A DNA stretch of 64,000 bases from Lama glama (taxonomy: Eukaryota), in assembly GCA_028534125.1 (NCBI GenBank), contig CM052818.1, positions 25,360,001-25,424,000 on the forward strand, read 5' to 3'. The translations under genes were made by a program, and so were the position numbers. This document shows positions 24,980 to 38,224 of this stretch, one piece after another (positions within the stretch are counted from its first letter, which is position 1; every line of letters starts with the position of its first letter). The notes under the pieces are model-generated. The model did not search any database and was not told the origin of the DNA. It worked only from the letters and a program-made list of their open reading frames with translations.

Positions 24980-26728
24980 TATGAGGGGTACCTGATAAGG
25001 GATCAGCATCTCCCCTTATAGGTATCTTTTCTGTTCTTAAGTGGAGGAAGCATGAGGAAGAAGATAGATGTTTAAAAATGTGTGCAAGTGAGATGTGGGA
25101 CAGATTTCCATGAATAAACTCATGTAAAATGGAGTACAGTGAACAGGTTAATGTTATACCCAATAGAAAATTCAAAGGAAGTCATGAGTAAAGGACATGT
25201 AATAGCAAAAGTATAAAGCTGCCCGCCCTACCCCTGCTCACCCTCCTCCCTCTCTTTTAAAAATCTTCCTGGCCACGTCTGATTAAGGGAAAAGACGTCT
25301 TGCTTTCATCAGTCTAGGTTATAGGCTAGTATATGTTCATTTTTAATAATTACAGAAGTTCTAAAATCTCTTTTTTTATTTAGCCCTTCACGGTAATAGT
25401 TAAGCAAGTTTTGTTGTTTTTTTTGTTTGTTTGATTTTTGGTTTTTTGGCTGACATTAGTTGATCTGCTTTGTTTCTTTGATAGGAGTTTGAGTAGCCAA
25501 ATAGGTTGCTCCATATAAACATCGCTTCTCAGACACCACTGTAAAATGCATGGAAAACATTATTAAATGCTAAAAATAGATGGTGAAAGCACTACCGCCT
25601 GACTTGCTGTCCTTGGTCAGCTCCTGCCTAGACTTCTATACAGCCAGTAGCCTATTCCAACCATTCGGTAATGTTGCTAAAATAATTTTTCTGTTTCACT
25701 ATTAAAAGTCTTAATGACTTCTGTTTTCTTTGAACAGTGACACAGCTCTAACCTGTGTCATTCTTATATTATGTGGAGCTGGCATAATTGTTGTCTTGGA
25801 ATCAAGTATTCCTATTAAGTCTTCAGGCTTGATGTGTTTTCACCTTGTAAATTTTGCCTGGAGTAGGGAACTTACTAAAGTAAGAAATTTACTTCTTCCT
25901 CAGATTCAGGAATAGTTATTTCACTGTTTCAGATACAGATTTTTGAATGTAGCTTGTAGAACTCTAGGACTTGAGAGCCATACTGCCTGGCACTGAAGTT
26001 CTTATAACGTAGGAAACATGCCTCATCCTATCCCTTCTTTGCTAAACTTCTCATCTCTGAGCTAAGACTTTTCTGCTTGCCTAATCATAGTATCTTTCTC
26101 CAGGAAGCCTTTTCAGATTAACTCCACCTGTCCACTGGTCCTCAAGTAGTTTCTCAAGAATCTTTAAACATTCTCATGGGTCTGAGAGTTGTCTGTGAGA
26201 TTTAAACAATTTTGTGGTTCTCTATACATATAGATACAAATACTATATATCTAGTGTCTGTTGGAGGGTAAAGTTGAAAATGATCATTTTGAAACAATGG
26301 CAGAACCTTTCTGAAACTTTTATAAGTAGCAAATTGAGCAGTGATTTTAAAATAAAGATTTTTAAAACTGTGTTTTGTGTGATTCTAGGAAGTACCTTAA
26401 GGAGTCTTCATGGTACCCAGGGGATGAATGAACTAGAGGCAGGAGAGATAACACTTTCACTTTAACCAGGCCCCCTTTACTTTTATTTGTATTATAGATT
26501 GTGGTTCAGTGGAGATTTCTCTTGGGAGCTCTCCTCTCCCCAGTAAAAGTTTTGAAAATCACTGGACTAATAAGTTTATGGTTTGGAGTTTTGGTGAGAG
26601 AACAGGGATGATGTGTGTGACTGAATTATTTGTAAATAGACTTTCTGTAGTTAACTTGACAAGAAGTCCTCCAAAATTATTAATGATGATTGGAGAATGC
26701 TACTCCAAGACATCTTCAGTTAATAGAT

Positions 26729-27215
26729 CAGTAGTTCTTAAGTTTTTGACCTCATGATGCCTTTATACTCTTAAATATTATTAAGATTCTCAAAGAGCAC
26801 CTTGTATATGGGTTATACCCATGAATTTATATTTTTGAAAATAAAATTTTAAATTTATTTAGAAAAGTAAACTTGTTACATGTTAACAATAAAATTTTTA
26901 TTAAAATAACTATATTTTCCAAAACAATTTATCATCATTGTTTTATATTTTGTAAATCTTTAATATCTGGCTTAATAGACAAAACATGAATTTTCATATC
27001 TGCTTCTGCATTCAGTCAGTTGTGATTTGCTGTTTTAGTAGCAAATACAGTCTCATGAATATAAATAGTTGGAAATGGAAAAGGTTTTTCAGATTTATGA
27101 ATATTTTTCTTTGACATCAGACTCTATAAGTTGTAGTTTCTTATTTGTAATGTGGACTCTGAAACCATAGCAATGAATTTTTTGTTCCCTGAATTTAAAA
27201 TAGCAGTGTACTCTT
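26729..27215. mobile_element. hAT DNA transposon relic (Arthur1-like)
   Basis: cagtagttcttaagtttttgacctcatgatgcctttatactcttaaatattattaagattctcaaagagc resembles the Arthur1 terminus from memory. Confidence 0.5.
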
Positions 27216-28409
27216 GTAGAAATGCTCTGAGAACCTTCTCATTGGCTTTCGATCATTGCTGCTCCATCCCAAAGTCCTTAAGTGATCCGGCCTCTACTAT
27301 CTCTCTTTATCTCATCTCCAAACCCTCTGCTGCCTCTGCTTTAGTCTCACTGAACTCCTTGCTGTTTGTTTCTCTAAACAGTCTCCTGTGCTGGGCTTTT
27401 GTGTTTGCTGTTCCCTCTGACTTCTTGGAAAATACATTAAATACTGTGTTAAATCATTTTAATTTTCTAAAAACCTACCAGCAAAACATACCTCTGGTTT
27501 TGAATGTAAAAATAGGAATCCCTTAGCAGAATTGCTAATACTTGTCTTGGCATTGGCATTGCAGTCAGAAACGTTTACTTAGTACCCTAATGTCAGGCTC
27601 TGACCCAGCCCTGTGTTGGTAGAAATGAAAGTGGCACCAAGTCGTTTGGATTGCTAATAGAATACAGAAAGCTGCCTCCCCTTTGCAAAACACTGAAAAT
27701 TGTCTTTACTGCTATAGTTACTAGAACCTAACCACGTAGGTTACTTTAGGAAAATATAACAGAAATAGAAAATCATTGTTTTACATGTTTAGGGCAGATT
27801 TGATTTAAATCTAGATGATTGAAACAATTAAACTACTAGTCAGGAATATTCACCATTTTTTCCCCAAAAGTACATTTTTATTGCTTGATGTACTTAATAT
27901 TCTTCACTTAAAAGGAATTAACTACACGTTTTCAGGAAGTTGGATTTCCAGATGATATTTCATATTTCACTGAATTCACCAATTTATTGAGTGGTAGGCC
28001 AAGGATAAAGGAGTTAAAAAAGATACCTCTTACAGAATTGCTGTGATATTATATAGTATGAGCTATAGAGGAGTCCCAAGTAAACAAAGATAAATTCTCA
28101 CTAAGTTTTTAGGAAAAGGCCTATCTCCTATTTAACAGGTTAAAAATATATATTTGGGAATATCTGTTTTTTCCTGTTATGTGTTAAGAGTTCAGTGGAT
28201 ACTGAAATATTTAATTATGTAACTTTGTATCCTGGATATCTGTAATGACTTAATACTTTAAAAATTCAATTTTAAGGAAATAATTATTGCTTTACCTTAA
28301 TGGTTAGACATTTACTTAAAACCTTACAGAAGTTAGATGTCAGAATGAGAAGGAAACTCATTCACCTTCCTTGTCTAGTTTATTTCCAGGTCTTTCCCTT
28401 TTGTTTCCC

Positions 28410-28865
28410 ATTAGTATAACAGTTGGGGTACTTAGCTGCAAATAAAAGAACTTGGTCATAGAAAGAGATTTGTTGGAAGGTGCTGCTCAGAGGGTCACAG
28501 AGAGGAAAAGCAGCCCTGACAGAGAAACTAGTGGGAGCCAAGGGAGCTCTGTTCAGGTCCTCAGGGTTCATGGCAGCAAGCTTCTGAATGGAAAGATGTG
28601 CTGGATCTCTGCTTCTGTTGTGACTGATGCCCGATTAGTCTTTCCTTCCTGGGATTACCTGCTTATGTTTTAGGGGAGAGTGTCTATGCCTACCCCCTGG
28701 CTATGCTAGAACTTGAAGAGGCAGGGTTTAGCCCTTCTAGATTGGGAAGTGGTCACCAGAAGTTCCTCTTTTACCAAGATTGCATAGAGGGGAGAGGTAA
28801 TTTCTCAAAAGAAAGTCAGAGTCCTATTTGGAAGGTGCCCAGGAATGACAGATACTCACCACAAT
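28410..28865. mobile_element. Old MaLR LTR (MLT1 J/K/L-like), degraded
   Basis: agttggggtacttagctgcaaataaaagaa...gatttgttggaagg start motif; GC-richer than the flanks. Confidence 0.4.
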
Positions 28866-29076
28866 TAGTTAAAGGGAGAACTATCTTTGTAAACCCACAG
28901 AAGGAGCAAGAGTTAGTTAAAACTGTATTGTTACCTCAATTGAAAGAAAAAAGACTGCAGTTAAAAAAAAATTACCACTTTTTGTACAGTAGTACAAAAA
29001 CACCTGGATTGTTGCATTAGTAATTTTTGAAATAAATATACTTAGGTCACCCACTTAACTGATGCGATGTTCTTGA

Positions 29077-29080
<4 letters not shown>

Positions 29081-29137
<57 letters not shown>

Positions 29138-29146
29138 TGAGAGAGA
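29081..29146. repeat. Compound microsatellite (GT)18(GA)10GT(GA)4
   Basis: Read directly from the sequence. Confidence 0.97.
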
Positions 29147-30535
29147 GGGATACAATTTATGGTGAAAGGACTTCAATTAGCACTTCACATGTAATAATAG
29201 TCCCTTAAAGTTATGTAGCATGTTTACGTTCATTTTTAAATCTTTGTTGTAACATTATATTGTAGGTATTATCCCCTATTTATGAAGTAGGAAAACTGAG
29301 AAGTTTAATCTTTTGTCCAGAGTCATACAGCTGCTAAATTAAATAGTCAAGGTTTTAATCCAGCTCTTACTTACTCAAATATATTAAGAATGGCCTGGGT
29401 AACCCTTAATTATCTGCACACTGGGAAAAATCGTGTCTATCTTGCAAGATTATTTGAAGATTAGAGGTAAAGTACAAGAAATTTCCTGTTATTGTTAGAG
29501 TTAACAAATATTTAGTTTTTTAAAATGTATTTATTTAAAAAATTAAAGTATTTCTATAGTAATTGATGTTTTGGGATCTTTGGATAATGCATAGAGCCAC
29601 TTGTTTCGGTCACATTTTACAAAAGAAGTAATACTGCCTCGTAAGAATTCTGACATAACCTACCACTTTGATATTTAGAAGTAAATTGTCATTTTCATTT
29701 TAAGCTTTAATTGGGGAATTTGAGTGGTTATGTATGAAGTTTTTCTTGAATGCCTAGTTTGAAGAGACTTTTTTTTTACTGCTAATTAAGAGCTTCTAAG
29801 TGGATTTAAACGTCTTGCTTTTAAAGAGATTCTATATCATCTTCCTTTCTTGCCTTAAAAACCTGTGATTTCTTTGTTAGTAGATAAATGTAAGGTATAA
29901 ATATATGGAGTTTGCTCTTTTTAAAAGTTGAGATAGAAATACAGTGTGAATGCATGTTGTGAAAACACAGGGAATCTTGTAAGAGAATGTATAAGCAGTA
30001 GAGGGGTGGAAGTCTGCTTGTGTTAAGCTTTTAATTAGCAAGGAGTAGGGAAATTCTAGAGTTTCAGGTTAAGGGCCTGGACGACAGGGATTGTCTGTTG
30101 GAGAGAAGGGGTGTTTGCAGTCTTTGGGCAACAGCTCAGCATTAGACCTGGTGGTTAATTCTCAGGCTAGTGCTACAAAAGCACATTTAGCTTTCATAGA
30201 GAAAAAAATCTGAATATTTACAGAATAAAAAATGGTAGAAAATAATACTAGTAATTAAAGTAGAAATTTAAGTGAGGATAGTTCTTTTTTCAACTTAACA
30301 TAGGCAGTACTTCAGAAAAATTGATTTAACAGTAGAAGAATATAGAGGTAAATCCTTTGTATTTTGAGTCTGGAGGGAACTTTTTTATGCTTACAAGGAG
30401 TTTTTAGAGATTAATGGCCATGATATTGTGGTAAGTCTAATTCATGTCAAATTTGGGGGTTTCTGTTAATTTCTTAAAATTTTGAGTTGTCTTTTCTTTA
30501 ACTACAAATCCATTTAGTGTTTTTTTGTTTCTTAA

Positions 30536-31588
30536 TCATTCATTTATTCATTCAACCAACTAACAAAATGACAGAGTATTCTAGATACCACGGAGACAGC
30601 AGGTGACAAGATGAAGTCTATTTTCATGAATCTTAAATTCTAGTAAGAGAAAGCAAACAAATAAATAGACAAATACAGAACTATCATTTCAAAAGAGTAA
30701 GTATATTAAAATGAAGCAGGTTGTGATTTAAAAGGATCTGAGAGACAAGAAAGGAGATGTTCTTTTAAAAATAGTGGTCAGGGAATGCATTCTGAGGAGG
30801 TGACATTTGAGAAGAGACCAGAATGTTCAGAAGGAGCCAACCATGCAAAAATCTGGTTAAGAAACATTCTGAAAGAGGGATTAGCTAAACACCTTGAATC
30901 AGGACAAGCTTGGTGTGTGCAAGAAAGATCAAGACAACTAGTATGACTAGAGTGTTACATTTATGAGGAAGAATGATAAGAGATAAGCCAGGAGAAGTAG
31001 AAAGGGACCACTTCATGTTGGGGCTTATATACTTAGTGATGGTAAACCATTAGAAGGTTTTAAGCAAAGGACGAAATCAAATTTAAATTTAAAAAAGATA
31101 ATTCTGGTCACTTTGTGAAAGAAAGAAGACTGTTAATGAGCAAGAATGAAACAAAATGACCAGCTTGAAGGCAAGAGGTGATGGTTGTGTGGACTAGCAG
31201 TATAGTTGGTAAGAAGTTGTCAGAACTGTGATATATTTTGGATAAAACAAATAGAATGTATCGGGGTAAATGAAAAGAGGAAACAAGGTTGACTGCTGTA
31301 TTTTTGGCCTGTGCTGACTGAATGAAGGTAGTACCATTTACTGAGATGAGAAAATTTTGAAGAGGAATAGTCTGAGGGTGGAGTGAGACCCAAGAATTCT
31401 GTTTTGGTTGTGTTAAGTTTGAGACTATTATTAGACATTCAATTGAGATGTATAGGAGACTGTATATCCGAGTTCAGGGGAAAGGTTAAGATTTGGGATA
31501 AAAGTTAGGGAATTGTCAGTGAATAGTTGGTAAAATAATGGACTGGATCATTTAGAGAGAGTACAGTGTATAAGGAAGAGTTCCAAGG
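30536..31588 (-). mobile_element. L2 (L2a-like) 3' portion
   Basis: Starts with tcattcatttattcattcaac; contains tggtcagggaatgcattctgaggaggtgacatttga and ggagttcaggggaaagg-like motifs. Confidence 0.8.
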
Positions 31589-31589
31589 A

Positions 31590-33222
31590 TTTTTTTGGAT
31601 GTGATTTTAAAAGGGATTGTTTCTTTACTTTCCTTTTGTGATATTTCATTGTTAGTGTAAAGAAATACAACTGATTATCTTGTATCCTGCTACCTTTCCA
31701 AATTCTTCTATCAACTCTAGCAGTTTTTTTGTGGAGCCTTTAGGGTTTTCTATATATAGTATCATGTCATCCACTTTCAGTGACAGTTTTACCTCTTCTC
31801 TTCTAATTTGGATTCCTTTTCTTTCTTTCTTTTTTCTTTTCTTTTTTGTCTGATTACTATGGCTAAGACTTCCAGTACTGTGTTGAATGGAAGTGGTGAG
31901 AGTGGGCATCCTTGTCTTGTTCCAGATTTTAGTGGGAAGGCTTTCAACTTTTCATCATTGAGTATTTTGCTGGCTGTGGGTTTGTCATAAATAGCTTTTA
32001 TTATATTGAGATATGTTCCCTCTGTACCCACTTTGGTAAGAGTTTTGATCATAAATGGGTGTTAAATTTTATCAGATGCCTTTTCTGCATCTGTTGAGAT
32101 GATGATGTGATTTTTGTCCTTTCTTTTGTTGATGTGGTGTATCAACGTTGATTGATTTGTGTATGTTGAACTATCCTTGTGTCCTGGGATGAATCCAACT
32201 TGATCATAGTATGTGATCTTTTTTATTGGATTTTATTTGCTATTATTTTGTTGAGTTTTGCATCTATGTTCATCAATGATATTGGCCTGTAATTTTCTTT
32301 TTTGTTAGTGTCTTTGTCTGGTTTGAGTATCAGGGTGATGGGTTGCTTCATCAAATAAGTTTGGGAATATTTCCTCCTCTTCAGTCTTTCGGAAGATTTT
32401 GAGAAGGATCAGTGTGAATTCTTTGTATGTTTGGTAGAATTCCCCAGTGAAGCTATCTGGTCCTGGACTTTTCTTTGCAGGGACATTTTTTATTGCTGAT
32501 TCTATTTCACTTACAGTGATCAGTCTGCTCAATATATCTATTTCTTTTTAAGTCAGTTTTAATGGACTGTATGTTTCTAGAAACTTGTTCATTTTTTCTA
32601 GGTTGTCCAATTTGTTGCCATATAGTTGTTCATAGTATTCTCTTACAGTTTTTTGTATTTCTGTGGTATTGGTTGTAATTTCTCCGTTATCCTTTCTTTC
32701 TTTCTTTGTGTCCTCTCTCTTTTCTTCTTGGTGAAGCTGGCCAGAGTTTTCATGATTTTGTTCACTCTTTCAAAAATTCAGCTCTTGGTTTGATTGATTT
32801 TTTAAATCTCTATTTTATTTATTTCCTCCCTGATCTTTTATTATTTCTTTCCTTTTGCTAACTTTAGCAAAGTTTGTTCTTTTTCTAATTCTTTTAGGTG
32901 ATAGATTAGGTTGTTTATTTGAGATTGTTCTTGTTCTTTGAGGAAGGACTATATTGCTGTGAACTTCCCTCCTAGGACTGCTTTTGCTGTATCCCATAGA
33001 TTTTGTGTGGTTGTGTTTTCATTGTCATTTGTCTCAAGGCTTTTTTAAATTTCTTCTTTGATTTCATCATTGACTCACTGGTTTTTCAGTAGCATGTTTG
33101 GTCTCCATGCAGTTGTGTTTTTCTCTTTTTTCCCGCTGTGGTTGATTTCTAGTTTCACACCATGGTGGTAAGAAAAGTTGCTTGAAATAATTTCAGTCCT
33201 CTTAAATTTGCCGAGGCTGTTT
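31590..33222 (-). mobile_element. Internal L1 ORF2 fragment lacking a 3'UTR
   Basis: Minus-strand peptides [14 protein letters not shown]...[34 protein letters not shown] and KKSPGPDSFTGEFYQT. Confidence 0.92.
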
Positions 33223-33603
33223 TCTTCTCTTGAATTGAAATGATCTCTATTCCAAACCATTTTGCGTAGTATACTTTTCATTATTCTTTTAGATCTTCCC
33301 TGTGAAGAATATATTTGTCACATTTGAATCCAGTAGTCAGTAGATTCCCTTCTTTGCCAGGGACACCCAGCCATGTTATAGAATAGTAGAAAGATGTAGG
33401 TAAGAGCCACTTCTGACATTCTTGTTTTACACTGATACCCACTGTAGCCTTACTGTCTACCATCGTGGAATTGGTGGGGTAAAGGCACATTTTACTGGAC
33501 TATAGTTTTCATAGCCTTAAAATGCCTTTAATTTCTGCTGAATGATATGGGATATCTGTGAGGGAAAAAAGTTTTATTTGGTTTCTTGTTACATTTTTGT
33601 TTT

Positions 33604-33834
33604 TTTTCCTTTTTTTATTGAAGTATCATCGATTTACAATGTTGTGTTAGTCTCTAGTGTACAGCGTAGTGATTTAGTTATACACATACATATATATTTT
33701 TTCGTGCTCTTTTTCATTATCGGTTACTTCAAGAAATATAGTTCCATGTGCTGTACAGTAGGACCTTGTTGTTTATTTTATATATAGTAGTTAGTATCTG
33801 CAAATCCTAAACTCCCAATTTACCACCCTACCCC
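33604..33834 (-). mobile_element. Short L1 3' end
   Basis: 13-bp TSD acatttttgtttt (33591-33603, 33835-33847). Confidence 0.88.
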
Positions 33835-36136
33835 ACATTTTTGTTTTAACATTGATTTAATATCTAACTACTTCTTGCTATTTTGATAGGCTAGAAGCAC
33901 AATATGATAAAATTATTAAAAATAAAATTTCAGGCTTGTTACTCATATATGAAACTGATTGTTTGCTAATTTCATGTGTCACCGATACTTCAAGCATAAT
34001 GAACTCCAGATCAATCAGATCATCATATGATCATCTCAACAGATGGAGAAAAAGCATTTGACAGAATTCAATCTTTTATGATAAAAACTCTCAATAAAGT
34101 GAGTATAAAGGGAATGTACCTCAATATAATAAAGGCCATATATGACAAGCCTAACAAACTGACAGAGCAGCTAACATCAGCTTTTCCCCTTAAGATCTGG
34201 AACAAGGGTGCCCACTTTTACCACTTTTATTCAGCATATTATTGGAAGTCCAGAGCAGTGAGGAAAGAAAAATAAATAAAAGGCATCCAGATTGGAAAGG
34301 AAAAAGTAAAACTGTCACTGTTTGTTGATGATATGATTTTTATATATAGAAACCCCTAAAGACTCCACCAAAAAACTGTTGGAACTAATAAACAAATTCA
34401 GTAAAGTGGCAAGGTACAAAATCAGTATTCAAAAATCTGTTGCATTTTTATTCATTAACAATGAACTCTCAGAGAAATTAAGAAAACAGTCCCATTTACA
34501 GTTGCATCAAAAATAATAAAATATCTAGGAATAAATTTAACCAGGAGATGAAAGGACCTGTGCACTGAAAATTACAGGACACTGATGAAAGAAATAGAAG
34601 AAGACACATAGAAATGGAAAAAATATCCTGTGTTCATAGATGGAACAATTTTAATGTATTCTTAAAATGTCCATATAACCCAAAGCAAGCTATAAATTCA
34701 ATGCAATCCCTATTAATTCCAATGACATTTTTCACAGAGATAGAACAGATAATCCTAAAATTTTTATGGAAGGAACCACAAAAGATTCCAAATAGCCAAA
34801 GGAATCCTGAGAGGGATCACAGCTGGAGGCATTACATTCCTTGCTTTCAAACTATACCACAAAGCTATTGTAATCAAAATACTATGGTTTTGATTTAAAA
34901 GCAAACAGATCAGTGGAACAGAATAGAGAGCCCAGAAATAAACCCATGCATAGATGGTCTATTAATTTGCAACGAAGGAGGCAAGAATATGCAGTGTGCA
35001 AAGCATAGTCTCTTCATTAAGTAGTTTGGGAAAACTGGACCACTAACTTACACCCTGCACAAAATTTAACTCAAAATGGATTAAAGATTTGAATATAAGA
35101 TCAGAAACCATAAAACTACAAGAAAACATAGGCAGTAAGCTCCTTGACATTGTGCTTGGCAATATCTTTTTGGATCTGACTCCAAAGGCAATGGCAGCAA
35201 AAGGAAAAATAAATGAATACATCAAACTGAAAAACTCTGCACAGGAAACCATTAACAAAATAAGAAAGCAACCTATTGCAATGGGAGAAAATACTTGCAA
35301 ATCATATGCTTAATAAGAGCTTAATATCCAACATATGTGAAGAATGCATGCAACTTGATAACAACAACAAAAAACAACTAATCTGATTTTAAAATGGGCA
35401 GAGGTTCTGAATAGATATTTTTTTCAAGGAAGTCATACAGATGACTAACAAGGCACATTAAAAAAGATGCTTAACATCACTAATCACCAGGGCAATACAA
35501 ATCAAAACCACAACGTGGTACACTCTACATCTATCAGAATGGCTATTATCAAAAGTACTAGAAATAACAAGTTTTGGCAAGGATGTAGAGAAAAGGGAAC
35601 CTTTGTGCCCTGTTGTTGGAAATGTAATTTGGTGGAGCCCCTATGGAAAACAGTATAGAGGTTCCTCAAAAAACTAAAAATAGAACTGTCGTATAATCCA
35701 ACACATCCATTTCTGCCTGTGTATCTGAAGAAAATGAGAACACTAATTTGAAAAGATCACTGCACCCCTGTGTTCATCACAGCATTATTTACAATAGCCA
35801 AGATATGGAAACAACCTGAGTGTCTGTCAATGAATGGATAAGGAAAATGCAGTGTGTGTGTATACATACACAATGGACTACCACTCAGGCATAAAAAAAA
35901 ATGAAAATTTGCCATTTACAGCATGGGTGGACCTTGAGGGTTTTGTGCTAAATGAAATAAGTCAGACTGTGAAAGACTAGTTACCTTATGTTTTTTACTT
36001 ACATGTGGAATTTAAAAAATAAAATGAATGAACAAAATAAAGCCAAACTCAGAGATACAGAGAATGAATTTTTGATTGCCAGAGGTTAGAGGTAAGTGGG
36101 CAAAATGGGTAAAGAGGATCAAGAGATACAGACTTC

Positions 36137-36212
36137 CAGTAAAGAAGTCATGAGGATGTAATGTACAGCATGTACAGTAAAGAAGTCACTGGGAAATAAT
36201 GTACAGCATGTA
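36137..36212. repeat. Imperfect 38-bp tandem duplication in the L1 3'UTR
   Basis: cagtaaagaagtcatgaggatgtaatgtacagcatgta / cagtaaagaagtcactgggaaataatgtacagcatgta. Confidence 0.85.
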
Positions 36213-37388
36213 CATAATATTCTATTGTAAGTTTGAAAGTTGCCCACAAAGTAAATCTTACTTATTTTTCACTTTTTTAAACTTTAAATTTTTAAATATT
36301 TTATACAACTTTTAATGGTTACTTTTCATTTACAGTTATTACAAAATATTGACCATATTCCCTGTGCTATACAGTATGTCCTTGAGCCTGTCTTACATCC
36401 AATAGTTTTTATCTCCTATTCCCCTACCTCCACTGGTAACCACTAGTTTGTTCTCTATATCTGTGAGTCTGCTTCTTTTTTGTTATATTCACTAGTTTTT
36501 TTGTAATTTTTAGGTTGCACATGTGATACCATACAGTATTTGTCTTTCTCTGTCTGACCTAATTCACTTAGCGTAATGCCCTCTAAGTCTGTCCACATTG
36601 CTGCATATGGCAAGATTTCATTCTTTTTAATGGCTGAGTAGTATTCCATCATGTGTATATCATATCCTTTTTGCCCATCCATCTGTTGATGGGCATTTAG
36701 GTTGCTTCCATATTTTGGCAGTTGTGAATAATGCTGCTGTGAACATTGGACTGCATGTATCTTTTTGGATTAGTGTTTTTGTTTTTGTTTTTCAGGTGTA
36801 TATCCAGGAGTGGAATTGCTAGGTCATATGGTAATTCTGTTTTTAGTTTTTTGAGAAACCTCCATACTGCTTTCCACAGTGGCTGCACCAATTTACATTC
36901 CCATCAACAGTGTGCAAGGATTCCCTTCTCTCCACATCCTCACCAACATTTGTTTATTTATGTTCTTTTTGATGATAGCCATTCTGACAGGTGTGAGGTA
37001 ATACGTTACTGTGGTTTTGATTTGCATTTCCCTCATGATGAGTGATGTTGAACATCTTTTTATGTGCCTGTTGACCATCTGTACTTCCTCTTTGGAAAAA
37101 TGTCTATTTTGTTCTGCTCGTTTTTAAGTCAGTTTTTGTTTTTTTGATGTTGAATTATATGAGCTGTTTATATATGCTGGATATTAACCCCTTATTGGTC
37201 ATATCATTTACAGATATCTTCTTCCATTCTGTAGGTTGTCTTTTCATTTTATTAATGGTTTCCTTTGCTGTGCAAAAGCTTATAAGTATAATTAGGTACC
37301 ATTTGTTTATTTTTGCTTTTGTTTCCTTTGCCCTAGGGGACAGATGCAAAAAAATACTACTGTGATTTATGTCAAAGAGTGTTCTGCC

Positions 37389-38224
37389 AACAGACTCACA
37401 GACATAGTAAACAAACTTATGGTTATCTGCAGAGAAGGGGGGGTGGGAAGGAATAAATTGGGAGTTAAAGATTTGCAAATATTAACTACAATATACAAAA
37501 TAGATTAAAAAACAAATTTTTGCCTTTTTGCGAAGATGGAGCCAAAAGTGAAGAAGGAAGCCCCTGCCCCTCCCAAAGCCGAAGCCAAAGCACAGGCTCT
37601 GACGGCCAAGAAAGCAGTGCTGAAAGGTATCCACAGTGACAGAAAAAGAGATCTGTTTGTTACCTGCCTTCCAAAGGCCCAAAACATTGCAGCTCAGAAG
37701 GTAGCCCAAGTATTCTCAGAAGAGTGCCCCTAGGAGACACAGGCTTGACCACTATGCCATCATCAAGTTCCCCCTGACCACTGAGTCAGCCACGAAGAAG
37801 ATAAAAGACAACATCATGCTCGTGTTCATCGTGGATGTCAAGGCCAACAAGCACCAGATCAAACAGGCTGTAAGGAAGCTCTTTGACATTGACGTGACTG
37901 AAGTCAACACCCTGATCAGACCTAGTGGAGAGAAGAATGCATATGTACGATTGGCTCCTGACTATGATGCTTTGGATATTGCCAACAAAATTGGAATCAT
38001 CTAAACTGAGTCAAGCTGGCTAATTCTAAATATAAATTTTTTTCACTATAAAAAAAACCCCAGTTTTTTCTGTCTAGCACAGGGAACTATATTCAATATC
38101 TTGTAGTAACCTATAATGAGAAAGAATATGAAAACGAATATATGTATGTTATGTATGACTGAAACATCATGCTGTACACCAGAAATTAACACATTGTAAC
38201 TGACTATACTTCAATTTAAAAAAA
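37389..38224 (+). mobile_element. Sense L1 3'UTR end inserted in the antisense L1 and itself split by the RPL23A retrocopy
   Basis: TSD agtgttctgcc (37378-37388, 38225-38235). L1 sequence stops at about 37521 and resumes at about 38060 (ctgtctagcacagggaactatattcaa). Confidence 0.88.
37523..38057 (+). pseudogene. RPL23A: RPL23A processed pseudogene (full-length retrocopy)
   Basis: Pyrimidine-rich leader cctttttgcgaag, then ATG at 37536 ([34 protein letters not shown]). Frameshift near 37645-37650, in-frame TAG at 37702-37704, C-terminus [18 protein letters not shown]...[14 protein letters not shown] ending at 38004. Short 3'UTR and A8 tail (38050-38057); no introns. Confidence 0.95.

Noticed and set aside
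31590..36259. Antisense ORF2 fragment plus the neighbouring sense L1 as one twin-primed (5'-inverted) insertion
   Set aside because: They cover overlapping parts of ORF2, are about 780 bp apart, and the sense L1 has its own TSD.
37536..38004. RPL23A as a functional gene, or as two small genes
   Set aside because: Intronless, with a frameshift, an internal TAG at 37702 and a poly-A remnant, and embedded in L1.
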